Origin: Deltaproteobacteria bacterium
GTDB taxonomy: Bacteria > JAMCPX01
Length of the DNA stretch: 64,000 nucleotides
Direction of reading: 5' to 3'
NCBI GenBank assembly: GCA_023381995.1
Contig: JAMCVD010000111.1
Location: forward strand, 545-64,544
Of the stretch, positions 27,244 through 36,416 are shown in pieces. The position numbers and the translations under genes are program-made. The notes under the pieces were generated by a model that searched no databases, was not told where the DNA came from, and worked only from the letters and a program-made list of their open reading frames with translations. Position 1 is the first letter of the stretch, and each line of letters begins with the position of its first letter.

Positions 27244-28161
27244 CTATCGGTTCGTCAGATCAAACGACGGCATGCCAGGAATGAAGTTCAAGTCATTAAA
27301 AGAAAGGGAACATGTGTTAGCGGATGCATTGCACGTCTTGTAAGGTGCAGGACAGTATTTACCGTTACAGCAGGACACCGCACCTGTAGGTATGCAGCCA
27401 TAATTTGTCGAACCACATATATCACAAGACATTCCTGTATAACAGCAGGTCTTATCCGCACATGTTACAGCACAGCCATAATTGTAACTCTCGTATATAC
27501 TTTGTCCGCAAACGGTCCCGGATACTGAGACATAATTGGATGCACCTGAATGGCCTTTTGCTGTAATGAAGATATCTCCATGACACACATCATGGCCGTT
27601 TACACTTATGGTCGGCATACCGGTAAATGTAACGGTCACATCCACATCCACAGCACCTCCGCATTGCATCGTTGCATTTGAAGTAAGAGCCATGTGTATG
27701 GTTCCGTTTATCATTATATGATCACCTGTTGTCGTAATAGTCTGTGCGCATGAATTGTAGTTAATATTACCGCTACCGTTTATTGACATGTAGTCTTTCG
27801 AACATGGTGTCTTATTTGCACAGCATCCTGAAGGCATTGTACAATCCATAGTGAGTGTATAGTAGATATTCCCACTGCCAGGACAATTGTAAGGCGGGAT
27901 AAGCGTGCTTGGCCCACACGAAGAAAGCGGATTCAGGTTATTTGTTTTCAACGGTGAATAAGAACTTACAGTCATTGTTGCCGCACTATTTGCAGAATCA
28001 GCAAATATCTGCGCAAGGGCACTAAGTTGATCAGAGTTGAAGGGTCCTCCACCTCCTCCCCCGCTACTACCTCCACAACCTGCAAAGACTATTAACAGAA
28101 AAGCAGCCACAATCCCTAAATAAAACCCAATTCTATTTTGTAACCTTTTGTTCGTTATCAT
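27244..28161 (-). CDS. Cys-rich secreted lipoprotein, unknown function (AT-rich gene)
   Basis: ATG 28161 follows AAGGAG. Lipobox VFAGC plus a Gly/Ser linker. About 26 Cys, clustered near the C-terminus (CADKTCCYTGMSCDICGSTNYGC...SCCNGKYC). I recognise no family. Confidence 0.6.
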   Translation of the reverse strand: MITNKRLQNRIGFYLGIVAAFLLIVFAGCGGSSGGGGGGPFNSDQLSALAQIFADSANSAATMTVSSYSPLKTNNLNPLSSCGPSTLIPPYNCPGSGNIYYTLTMDCTMPSGCCANKTPCSKDYMSINGSGNINYNSCAQTITTTGDHIMINGTIHMALTSNATMQCGGAVDVDVTVTFTGMPTISVNGHDVCHGDIFITAKGHSGASNYVSVSGTVCGQSIYESYNYGCAVTCADKTCCYTGMSCDICGSTNYGCIPTGAVSCCNGKYCPAPYKTCNASANTCSLSFNDLNFIPGMPSFDLTNR

Positions 28162-28320
28162 AAAAATCTCCTTTGTTTTTATTGTTTTTCCCTTGTGCAT
28201 AATGCAATCAGAAATAATTTTGGGCATATAAAACACTTCTGATAAGCAAGACTACTGACGTATAGGGGTGTAGGACGGGAAAAAACAGGAAGTTTATTTA
28301 ACCCCTAAACCGCCATGCAC

Positions 28321-28701
28321 TTATGCCAAAAAGGCTTTAGGGGGATGAAAAATGGAGTTAACAAAATCCTGTGAATGGAGAGATACCTCATTCATGATGA
28401 TTTTAAAGCTGCGTGATTTTGAAAGGGATAGGACGTTTGATAATGACAATAGAAGTATATCACTGCTATTGGTTGAAACAGACCCATTGCCTCCTGAAAT
28501 CAAATTATGTCCTATAATTCTATCAGAAGAATGGCATAAAATACTATTTTTACCATGGTTCTCATCCCCCTCATCATCATGAGTTACGATATCCTGATCG
28601 TACGTATCAATTGCTCTGGATATACCGGTGGGTAGGTATATAAAAAGGACCGTTAGCAAACTAACCATATACAGTATGTCTATTCTCCGAAGTATTTTCA
28701 T
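28321..28701 (-). CDS. Small N-terminally membrane-anchored protein, unknown function
   Basis: MKILRRIDILYMVSLLTVLFIYLP... then an acidic and Ser-rich tail; 126 aa. The track ORF 28321..28974 extends through repeat copy 2 and is judged chimeric. Confidence 0.4.
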   Translation of the reverse strand: MKILRRIDILYMVSLLTVLFIYLPTGISRAIDTYDQDIVTHDDEGDENHGKNSILCHSSDRIIGHNLISGGNGSVSTNSSDILLLSLSNVLSLSKSRSFKIIMNEVSLHSQDFVNSIFHPPKAFLA

Positions 28702-28707
28702 ACTTGT

Positions 28708-28736
28708 ATGATACATCAACATTGTATTTATGTCAA
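28708..28736 (-). promoter_or_regulatory. Candidate sigma70 promoter, leaderless geometry
   Basis: Minus strand: TTGACA, 17 nt, TATCAT, ACAAGT, then the ATG at 28701. Confidence 0.35.
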
Positions 28737-28749
28737 GAAGCAAAACAAC

Positions 28750-28988
28750 GGTTCCTCTCCCCTTTGTGATCATGAAGAAAGAGTTTTCACCTCCGCTCGT
28801 AAAACAAAGCTCTTTTCGGTAAAGGGGGTTACGACGCATAACGTCTCCGTATTTCCATAGCGAGAGAGAAACAGTCCACGCAGAGTACCACGGAAGCATT
28901 GCAGGCAGTCCGGACGTGTTTCCCTTCGCAGTGTCGAACACTCTTTCTTTTTGTTCTATCAGTCCCATGATCACTTTTAGGATAAGAG
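28750..28988. repeat. 239-nt repeat family, copy 2
   Basis: See copy 1. It has 8 differences from copy 1 and 10 from copy 3, with no indels. Confidence 0.9.
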
Positions 28989-29315
28989 TTAAAAGATTTA
29001 CTATAAGAAAGCTTGTGTATCAGTCCGGTTAGTCTGAACCCGTGCCCAATGATTCGCTGAAATATTTAAACCGTGCAGTCTACAACCTTTGGCTTCATGT
29101 TTGAACCGAAATCAGGACGGTTATTGACCTTTACAAAAATCTTTCTTACTATCCATAAAGATAATTGATACCAGTAATTCACTGAATGAATTCTCGGAAA
29201 GAGCACTGAATGACGGCATGCCCGATACGATAACGTATTGAAATAAAGTGTCAAAAGTGGCACTGAAGAGTTGACCAAGGGGAAATTATAATGTATACTG
29301 ATTTTCATTGAATTT

Positions 29316-30995
29316 ATGAAACAACACCAGCTTTTAATAGTGACATGGTTGTCGGACATCACAAGCAGCGTGAGCCAGATACTGAAGAACAATAACTATG
29401 TGTTCGACAGTGTATCGACGCCGATAGAGGCCATCAATGCAATCGGCAAGCATGCGTATAAGATCGTCGTGCTCGATAGCCTGTTGCCCGGAGTAAACGG
29501 GTACCAGCTCGTCAAGCGTTTGAAAAGCGAGCCCCACGGAGAGTATACGAAGTTTGTCGTCCTTATGAACAATATACCGCGGGACAGGTATGATGACGTA
29601 AACAGGCGCTGGAATATCTATGCGTTATTGAAGAAACCCCTGAAGTCGGACGAGTTGCTGCAGGTCATCAAGAATGCGGAGGCCTATGACCTGCCGAGCG
29701 AGAAACTGGAAATGCATAGCTCTGAGTCTGTGGAGGCGACGCTGTCGGAGCTGGCGGGTAATCTATGGACAGGAAAGACGACGTGCTACGGGAAGAACGG
29801 TACCGTAAAAGAGATCTACTGGGACAGCGGCAACCCTGTTTTTGCGATGAGCAGCGATGAGAACGACAGGCTCGATAAGTGGCTCTTGAAGACGGAGCAG
29901 CTAACGGAGGACGTCCTTATGTCGGCCTACGAGATTATGGACCAAAGAGGCAAAAGGCTTGAAGACGCCCTTCTCATGCTCGGGGCCATAAGCGAAGACA
30001 ATCTTGAGACGGCGATCTCTGACAGCATGACGGCCATTATTCTGGACCTGTTCTCATGGGACGGCATGGAGTACACAAAAGAAGAGAAAGAGACGGGTAT
30101 GAAGATGCTGACATCGATAAAGGACTCGTTCCCCATAATCCTGTTCGAAGGCATAAAGAGAAATACGGACATAAAGGGCATAAAAAACAAATTGGAGTCC
30201 GAGGGCGAGATCGTGGGCTTTATACCCGATAACATCTTCAATGTAGAGGACTTCAAGTTTCCCCATGCCTACAACAGGATTGTCAACCTCATCAACGGCA
30301 GGAGAACGATATACGAATTGATTGCCAAGAGCGGTCTGAGCCAGGATGACGCTTACAGGTTTATTTACACATTGTTCCTGTTAAAGCTGATAAGGTTGAG
30401 TGCGCCCGATAAGGAAGAGAAGAGCGCCGTAATCAGCATGCCCACGATACAGAGGGACACGAACAAAAAGACCAGGTTTACGGGTACCCTGAACGACATC
30501 TCGATAGTGGAGCTCATCCAGATGCTCGAGCTGAACAGGAAGTCCGGTGCGCTGCAGATCAATGATTCGAAAGAGATCGGATGGATCCTGTTCGATAAAG
30601 GCAAGATTGTGGACGCATATTACGGGGACTTGACGCGGCTCAATGCCGTTTACAGGATACTGTTCCTTACGGAAGGCGAGTTCGAGATAAAGTTCAAGGA
30701 CATCATTGGCGAGTCAAGGATAGATGCGGATGTCCAGACGCTGCTCATGGAGGGACTGAGGCTGGTGGACGAGATCAAGAGGATAGGGCCGATGCTTGGA
30801 AATCTTGAGAAGGGCTTTATCGTGAATAAGTCCCATAAGTTCAATACCGAAGAAGAGAAGGACGAGCTGATGCGCATATTCAATGGCAGAAACGATGCAC
30901 TGACATCGGCGTTCATGCTTAACCCGGACCCACAGATAGGGTTCGATATTATGACTACCCTGCTAAAAAATAATGTAATCGAGGAAGGAAAGTGA
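29316..30995 (+). CDS. Receiver-like domain protein with DUF4388/PATAN-type domains
   Basis: N-terminal CheY-like fold (KIVVLDSLLPGVNGYQL...LLKKPL). C-terminal FTGTLNDISIVELIQMLELNRKSGALQI...GWILFDKGKIVDAYYG...EGEFEIKF is a typical DUF4388 block, and an earlier, weaker copy is also present. Confidence 0.7.
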   Translation: MKQHQLLIVTWLSDITSSVSQILKNNNYVFDSVSTPIEAINAIGKHAYKIVVLDSLLPGVNGYQLVKRLKSEPHGEYTKFVVLMNNIPRDRYDDVNRRWNIYALLKKPLKSDELLQVIKNAEAYDLPSEKLEMHSSESVEATLSELAGNLWTGKTTCYGKNGTVKEIYWDSGNPVFAMSSDENDRLDKWLLKTEQLTEDVLMSAYEIMDQRGKRLEDALLMLGAISEDNLETAISDSMTAIILDLFSWDGMEYTKEEKETGMKMLTSIKDSFPIILFEGIKRNTDIKGIKNKLESEGEIVGFIPDNIFNVEDFKFPHAYNRIVNLINGRRTIYELIAKSGLSQDDAYRFIYTLFLLKLIRLSAPDKEEKSAVISMPTIQRDTNKKTRFTGTLNDISIVELIQMLELNRKSGALQINDSKEIGWILFDKGKIVDAYYGDLTRLNAVYRILFLTEGEFEIKFKDIIGESRIDADVQTLLMEGLRLVDEIKRIGPMLGNLEKGFIVNKSHKFNTEEEKDELMRIFNGRNDALTSAFMLNPDPQIGFDIMTTLLKNNVIEEGK

Positions 30996-31088
30996 AGAAG
31001 GAAAGTAAAGCGCGTATGCAATACGCCCGGCCCGCGCACCATCGGTGTCTGCAGAGCAGTTGCCGCATGAGGTGAGGCACTGCATAGC

Positions 31089-31877
31089 ATGGACGGCTAC
31101 AGGAACACTGTCATAAACGACCTCGGGCTCTTGGGCTTTGTAAACGACGTCGTTTATTACGATTCCGTAGATTCGACCAATACCCTTATCTCCGGCCTTG
31201 CCCGCGGGGGGGCCGGGGAATGGACGGTCGTCGTGGCCGATTCGCAGAGCGAGGGACGGGGCAGGCAGGGGAGGGTATGGCACTCGCCCCCCGGCGTCAA
31301 TATATACACCTCGTTCATGGTAAAGCCCGACATCTCTTATAAGCATGTCCCGGCAATGAGCCTGCTTGCGGGTATGGTCGTTGCCACGCTCGTTGAGCAG
31401 TGTACGGGCATGCCAGCGGAAATCAAATGGCCTAACGATATTCTGGTCAAGGGAAGGAAAGTAAGCGGTATACTGCTTGATCTCCTGAGCGATGACCACA
31501 GCGGCAATTGTGTCGTCGTCGGTATCGGCATAAATGTAAACGCCGATGCGTCCGTCTATCCCGGCAGCCTTGCGGAGACATCGACGTCGCTCCTGCTGCT
31601 GACAGGCAGGACGTTCGATAGGGCGGAGATGCTTGTCTCTCTGTACTCTTTATTTTATAAGTGGTATAAGGTCTACGCGGGCCACCCCGGGTTCGACGGT
31701 ATACGGGAACAATTCATGCAGAGGTTCAGGATGATCGGGGAACATGTCCGTATTATGAGCGGTCCGGAGACATTGGTCGGCGTTGTGGAAGGCATTGATG
31801 AGTACGGCGGATTGGTGGTAATGGATCCCGATAAAAGAATGGTTACTGTAAAGTCAGGGGATGTTCATCTTTTATAG
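31089..31877 (+). CDS. birA: Biotin--[acetyl-CoA-carboxylase] ligase (no N-terminal HTH)
   Basis: SQSEGRGRQGRVWHSPPGVNIYTS...KWPNDILVKGRKVSGIL. Confidence 0.9.
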   Translation: MDGYRNTVINDLGLLGFVNDVVYYDSVDSTNTLISGLARGGAGEWTVVVADSQSEGRGRQGRVWHSPPGVNIYTSFMVKPDISYKHVPAMSLLAGMVVATLVEQCTGMPAEIKWPNDILVKGRKVSGILLDLLSDDHSGNCVVVGIGINVNADASVYPGSLAETSTSLLLLTGRTFDRAEMLVSLYSLFYKWYKVYAGHPGFDGIREQFMQRFRMIGEHVRIMSGPETLVGVVEGIDEYGGLVVMDPDKRMVTVKSGDVHLL

Positions 31878-31917
31878 GATGCTGTATGGTAATAGGTGAA
31901 AACGGAGAGAAGCGATT

Positions 31918-32694
31918 ATGTTCCTGGCAATAGACGTGGGCAACACCAATATAGTCTTTGGCGTGTTCGACGGCGGCAAGCTGCTTACCCACTGGAGGGT
32001 CGTGACTTCTCGGGAACGGACGGCAGACGAGTACAGACTATTGCTGAAAGAGTTGTTTGCTCTGGACGGTGTACGGGTATCTTCTATCGACGGTATAGCG
32101 GTCTCGTGCGTGGTCCCGCCGGTCATCATATCACTCGAAAAGGCGTGCGAGGCGCTGTACAGCATAAAGCCCGTTCTCATAGGTCCCGGCATTAAAACAG
32201 GCATAAGCATACTGTACGATAATCCGAGGGAGGTGGGCGCTGATAGGATAGTGAATGCAGTTGCGGGATACGACAAATACAGGAAGAGCATCATAATAGT
32301 GGATTTTGGCACGGCAACCACTTTTGACTGCGTGAGCAGAAGGGGCGAATATCTCGGGGGCGTGATAGCACCCGGTATCGGCATCTCTCTCGAGGCCCTC
32401 TTTACGCACGCCTCGAAGCTGCCCAGGATCGAGATAACTGCCCCACCGGGCGTCATCGGTACAAACACCGTCAACAGCATGCAGTCGGGCATTTTTTACG
32501 GATACATAGCGCTCGTCGAGGGCATCATAAGGCTCGCCACAAAGGAAATGGGAGAGGACAAACCGGCGGTGATAGCGACGGGAGGGTTTGCGGAGCTGAT
32601 AGGCAGTGCCTCGTCGCTTATAGACGAAGTGGATGAATTCTTGACATTGAGGGGGTTGAAGATAATATATGACAAGAACATCGCTAAAAGATGA
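31918..32694 (+). CDS. coaX: Type III pantothenate kinase
   Basis: MFLAIDVGNTNIVFGVF...GADRIVNAV...IVDFGTATTFD...GGVIAPG. Confidence 0.92.
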   Translation: MFLAIDVGNTNIVFGVFDGGKLLTHWRVVTSRERTADEYRLLLKELFALDGVRVSSIDGIAVSCVVPPVIISLEKACEALYSIKPVLIGPGIKTGISILYDNPREVGADRIVNAVAGYDKYRKSIIIVDFGTATTFDCVSRRGEYLGGVIAPGIGISLEALFTHASKLPRIEITAPPGVIGTNTVNSMQSGIFYGYIALVEGIIRLATKEMGEDKPAVIATGGFAELIGSASSLIDEVDEFLTLRGLKIIYDKNIAKR

Positions 32695-33203
32695 TTGAAG
32701 GAGGGTTAATGGCTTCCGGAAATACAGAAGACTTGTTCGATAAGGCCCTCGAGTTGATAAAGGGCGGTAAGAACCGCGAGGCCTTTGAACTACTCAAGAA
32801 GCTCGTGGACAATATACCATCTTCCATCTTTGAGATCGAAGCGCGGTATCTCTCGTACTACGGCTATCTGACGGGGGTGGTAGGGCACGATTATCAGCGC
32901 GGCATAGAGCTGTGCAATGAGGCGATCAGGAAGGAGTTCTTCCATCCGGACTTCTACGTGAACCTCGGGAGACTCTATCTCGCTATCAACAATAAGGGAA
33001 TGGCGGTAAAGGTCTTCTATAAAGGTCTGAGGATCGACAGGACGGACCAGGAACTCTTGAAAGAGGTAAAGAAACTTGGTATAAGGAAAGAGCCCATTTT
33101 CCCATTCATAAAGAGGGGAAACCCCATCAACAAGTCATTGGGCAGGGTCAGGGCATTGTTGAACAAAATGAGAAAGGGGGGGGAAAATGACCGGGAACGC
33201 TGA
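32691..33203 (+). CDS. Small TPR-like helical-repeat protein
   Basis: Helical repeats (DKALELIKGGKNREAFELLKKL..., VNLGRLYLAINNKGMAVKVFYKGLRI). ATG 32691 overlaps the coaX stop (ATGA). An alternative ATG at 32709 follows AAGGAGGG. Confidence 0.5.
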   Translation: MIEGGLMASGNTEDLFDKALELIKGGKNREAFELLKKLVDNIPSSIFEIEARYLSYYGYLTGVVGHDYQRGIELCNEAIRKEFFHPDFYVNLGRLYLAINNKGMAVKVFYKGLRIDRTDQELLKEVKKLGIRKEPIFPFIKRGNPINKSLGRVRALLNKMRKGGENDRER

Positions 33204-35277
33204 ACGGACGAGAAATATCGCGATTATCGGTATAGGTGCGAGCGGGAAAACGCAACTCGCAGACACGCTGCTCTTCAATGCCAGGGCCGTCCCGGCCATA
33301 GGCAAGGTCATCGATAGGACGTCGAATATGGTCCTTGAGCAGGAAGAGTTCGAGCACCTGACGACCATCACGGCGTCCCTCGCCACTATCGAGTTGAACG
33401 GAGTCAAATTCAATATCATCGATACACCCAGTCAGGACGGCTTTATTGCCGAGACAGTCAATACCCTCCAGGCCGTTGACGGGGCCATCTTTCTGATGAG
33501 CGCGCAGACGGACATAAAGCAGGAGGCGGAGATGCTCATCAAGTATGCGGGCGTATTCAACCTTCCGCTCATTTTCCTGATCAATAAGATGGACGGCGAG
33601 AACGCCGATTTTTATACGGCACTGCATGACTACAGCGCGTATTTGAATGTCAAGCTGACGCCGGTCGCCGTACCGATCGGGAGCGGCGAGAAGTTCGAGG
33701 GTATTTACAGCATAGCCGACAAAAAGGCATACCTCTATCCGAAGGACGCCTCGGGACGTGCCAGACAGGTCGCTGACGGCGCCCCGGCAGATGCCGGGGC
33801 GTTCGAGAAGGAATTTATAGAGGCCGTTGCCGAAAGCGACGACGCCCTGCTTGAGAAGTATCTCAATAACGAGAAAATGGGTGCCGAGGAATTGTTCGAG
33901 TCCGCAAAGAAGTCCGTCTTGTCCAGAAACATGTTCCCTGTAATGCCGGGGTCCGCGCTTTTCAACATGGGCGTGGACAAGCTGATGGAGATCTGTTCTC
34001 TATGGATGCCCTCTCACAGCGCGGTGAGCGATAGAGTGGTCCTGAGGGCCCCGGGCGGAGATGGAGAGGAGGCATCCGAGATAAAACGTGACTCGTCAGG
34101 GAAGCCGGTCCTTTTCATATTCAAGACGGTGATAGACCCCTATGCTGGCAAGATGAGCTATGCCCGGGTCTTTTCCGGCAGGATCGGCCAGGACACGGTC
34201 CTCTATAATGCCTCGACCGGGACGGAAGAGAAGACGAACCATATCTATACGATGATAGGAAGCAAGAGCAAGCTGATCGATTCGGCGGAGAGCGGCGATA
34301 TTATCGCCCTCGCAAAGCTCCAGGCGAGCAAAACGGGCGACACACTGAAGGCATGGAAGGACACGCTCGCTGTACCGCGCGTGTATAGGGCCAAGAAGCT
34401 CGTTTCCTACGCTGTGAAGCCCAGGGGAAAGAGTGACGAAGACAAGGTCACTCAGACACTGAACAAGATCATAGAGGAGGACACGTCCCTCTCCATACGA
34501 AGGGACACACAGCTCAAAGAGCTCATACTCGAAGGGGTGTCCAAGGAGCAGCTCGAGATCGTGATGCACAAGACGAGGCGGAAGTACGGCATAGATCTCG
34601 AGCTCGTCCTGCCGGACATACCGTACAAGGAGACGATCAAGGGAAGGGCAGAGGCGCAGGGCAAGTATAAGAAGCAGTCCGGCGGCCGGGGGCAATACGG
34701 CGACGTGTGGGTAAAGATCGAGCCGCTTCAGAGGGGCAAGGGCATAGAGTTCGTCGACAACATCGTGGGGGGTGCCATTCCGAGGCAGTATATCCCGGCC
34801 GTGGAAAAGGGGATACGGGATGCAGCCGGAGAAGGCTTTGTCGCGGGCTTCCCGGTCATAGACTTTGTTGCAACGGCGTACGACGGCTCGTACCACGTCG
34901 TGGACTCATCGGAGCTTGCGTTCAAGATCGCAGGCTCGTTTGCATTCAAGAAGTGCATGGAGCTTGCAAACCCCGTAGTGCTCGAGCCGATTATGCTCAT
35001 TACCGTGGCAGTGCCGGAATCGTTCACCGGGGAGGTCATCGGCGGACTGAATTCCAAGAGGGCGAAGATACTCGGAATGGACCAGGACGAGGGAAAGAAG
35101 CAAGTGATAAAGGCACATGTGCCTTTATCGGAGGTACAGTCGTATGGGGATGAGTTGCGCTCTATAACGAAGGGGATGGGCACTTTTGATATAGAATATT
35201 TCGGCTATGAGGAGGTCCCTGCGCACATAGCAGAGAAGATTATCAGCAGCCGGAATAAAAAGGATGTAAAGGTATAG
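33187..35277 (+). CDS. Elongation factor G paralogue (EFG-II-like) with divergent G motifs
   Basis: EF-G architecture along the full length (YKKQSGGRGQYG, VGGAIPRQYIPAVEKG, YDGSYHVVDSSELAFKIAG). G1 is GIGASGKT, G3 is DTPSQDGF and G4 is NKMD. Confidence 0.85.
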   Translation: MTGNAERTRNIAIIGIGASGKTQLADTLLFNARAVPAIGKVIDRTSNMVLEQEEFEHLTTITASLATIELNGVKFNIIDTPSQDGFIAETVNTLQAVDGAIFLMSAQTDIKQEAEMLIKYAGVFNLPLIFLINKMDGENADFYTALHDYSAYLNVKLTPVAVPIGSGEKFEGIYSIADKKAYLYPKDASGRARQVADGAPADAGAFEKEFIEAVAESDDALLEKYLNNEKMGAEELFESAKKSVLSRNMFPVMPGSALFNMGVDKLMEICSLWMPSHSAVSDRVVLRAPGGDGEEASEIKRDSSGKPVLFIFKTVIDPYAGKMSYARVFSGRIGQDTVLYNASTGTEEKTNHIYTMIGSKSKLIDSAESGDIIALAKLQASKTGDTLKAWKDTLAVPRVYRAKKLVSYAVKPRGKSDEDKVTQTLNKIIEEDTSLSIRRDTQLKELILEGVSKEQLEIVMHKTRRKYGIDLELVLPDIPYKETIKGRAEAQGKYKKQSGGRGQYGDVWVKIEPLQRGKGIEFVDNIVGGAIPRQYIPAVEKGIRDAAGEGFVAGFPVIDFVATAYDGSYHVVDSSELAFKIAGSFAFKKCMELANPVVLEPIMLITVAVPESFTGEVIGGLNSKRAKILGMDQDEGKKQVIKAHVPLSEVQSYGDELRSITKGMGTFDIEYFGYEEVPAHIAEKIISSRNKKDVKV

Positions 35278-35278
35278 T

Positions 35279-36415
35279 ATGGAGGATAAAAAAGGCAAAG
35301 ATACGAAGAAGACGATAGCCGATGAGCTGTTCGAGGACAATTTCTTTAAGCCGCCGATAGATGAAGTGATCGAGAAGGCCGGGCCCGATAAGCCGGAAGC
35401 CGCCGAGAAGCCGAAAGGACCCGAAGAAAAGGAGAGCAGCCTCCTCTTCGACGAGTTCCTGAAGTCTCCTCTGGAGGCAGCGCCCGAGGCGAACCCAGAG
35501 TTGACGCTCAAAGAGACACCTCTTCCCGTGTCTGCACCGGCCCAGGACGGAAAGCCTCCGGTTACGGCGTCAAGGCCTGCAATAGTCATAAAGACCGTAG
35601 AAGAGCCTTCGGGCAGCAGGAAGGGCATACTCGTAGGGGCCCTCATAGGCGGGGCTTCGGTGATCGTGCTGGCAGTCGGGTATATATATTTTACTCATAC
35701 ATCCAGCAGCGCCCAGCACGCCGCGGACATGACAGGCTCGCAGACGATTGTTATAAAGCACGAGGCACCTGTCTCACAGCCTCCTCCGGCCGAACAGCGC
35801 CATGCCGTGCCCGTGCCGGCGGCTGCCCCTCCTTCGGGGAATAAGCCGGCGATGCAGGAGCAGACGGGACGGCAGCCTGTCCAGCAAGTGGCGACGAACG
35901 TCCCTCCGGCGCCAAAGCCCATACCTGTGCAGGCCGTACGCACCGTCTCAAAGCAGTTCGAGGTCAGGCTCGAGGCGATCAAGACGAAGGCCGCCCTGGA
36001 GAATGCAAGACGCATAGGGCTTACGATGGACAGGTCATTGAATTTCGATGTCAAAGAGAACACGAAAAACAGTGCGACGTATAGTCTTGTCGTCGATAAG
36101 GTATACCCTTCCGAGGGCGAGGCGACGGCGGACAACCTCAAGCTCATGGTCGCCAACGTATCGAATGCCTCTATCGTAAAGGCCGACGGAGGATACAGGA
36201 TACTCGTGGGGAAGTACCGCTCAAAGGCGTCCGCCGATTCGGACAGGAAGAACATCGAGGCTGCCGGCCTGAAGGGGCTGATCAAGGAGAATGTGACAAA
36301 GGTCTCCACATACAACGTGAGGGTCTTCCCGTTCAAGTCGTCCGGCGAGGCACACGCCTACCTCTCGAGGGTAAAAAGATTGGCGGCAAAGGCGATCTCT
36401 TCGGAAATAAAATAA
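35279..36415 (+). CDS. Membrane-anchored protein with Pro/Ala-rich linker and tandem SPOR-like C-terminal domains
   Basis: Acidic N-terminus, single TM segment (ILVGALIGGASVIVLAVGYIYF), and a C-terminal GGYRILVGKYRSKASADSDRKNIEAAGLKG block matching the SPOR pattern. Confidence 0.55.
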   Translation: MEDKKGKDTKKTIADELFEDNFFKPPIDEVIEKAGPDKPEAAEKPKGPEEKESSLLFDEFLKSPLEAAPEANPELTLKETPLPVSAPAQDGKPPVTASRPAIVIKTVEEPSGSRKGILVGALIGGASVIVLAVGYIYFTHTSSSAQHAADMTGSQTIVIKHEAPVSQPPPAEQRHAVPVPAAAPPSGNKPAMQEQTGRQPVQQVATNVPPAPKPIPVQAVRTVSKQFEVRLEAIKTKAALENARRIGLTMDRSLNFDVKENTKNSATYSLVVDKVYPSEGEATADNLKLMVANVSNASIVKADGGYRILVGKYRSKASADSDRKNIEAAGLKGLIKENVTKVSTYNVRVFPFKSSGEAHAYLSRVKRLAAKAISSEIK

Positions 36416-36416
36416 C

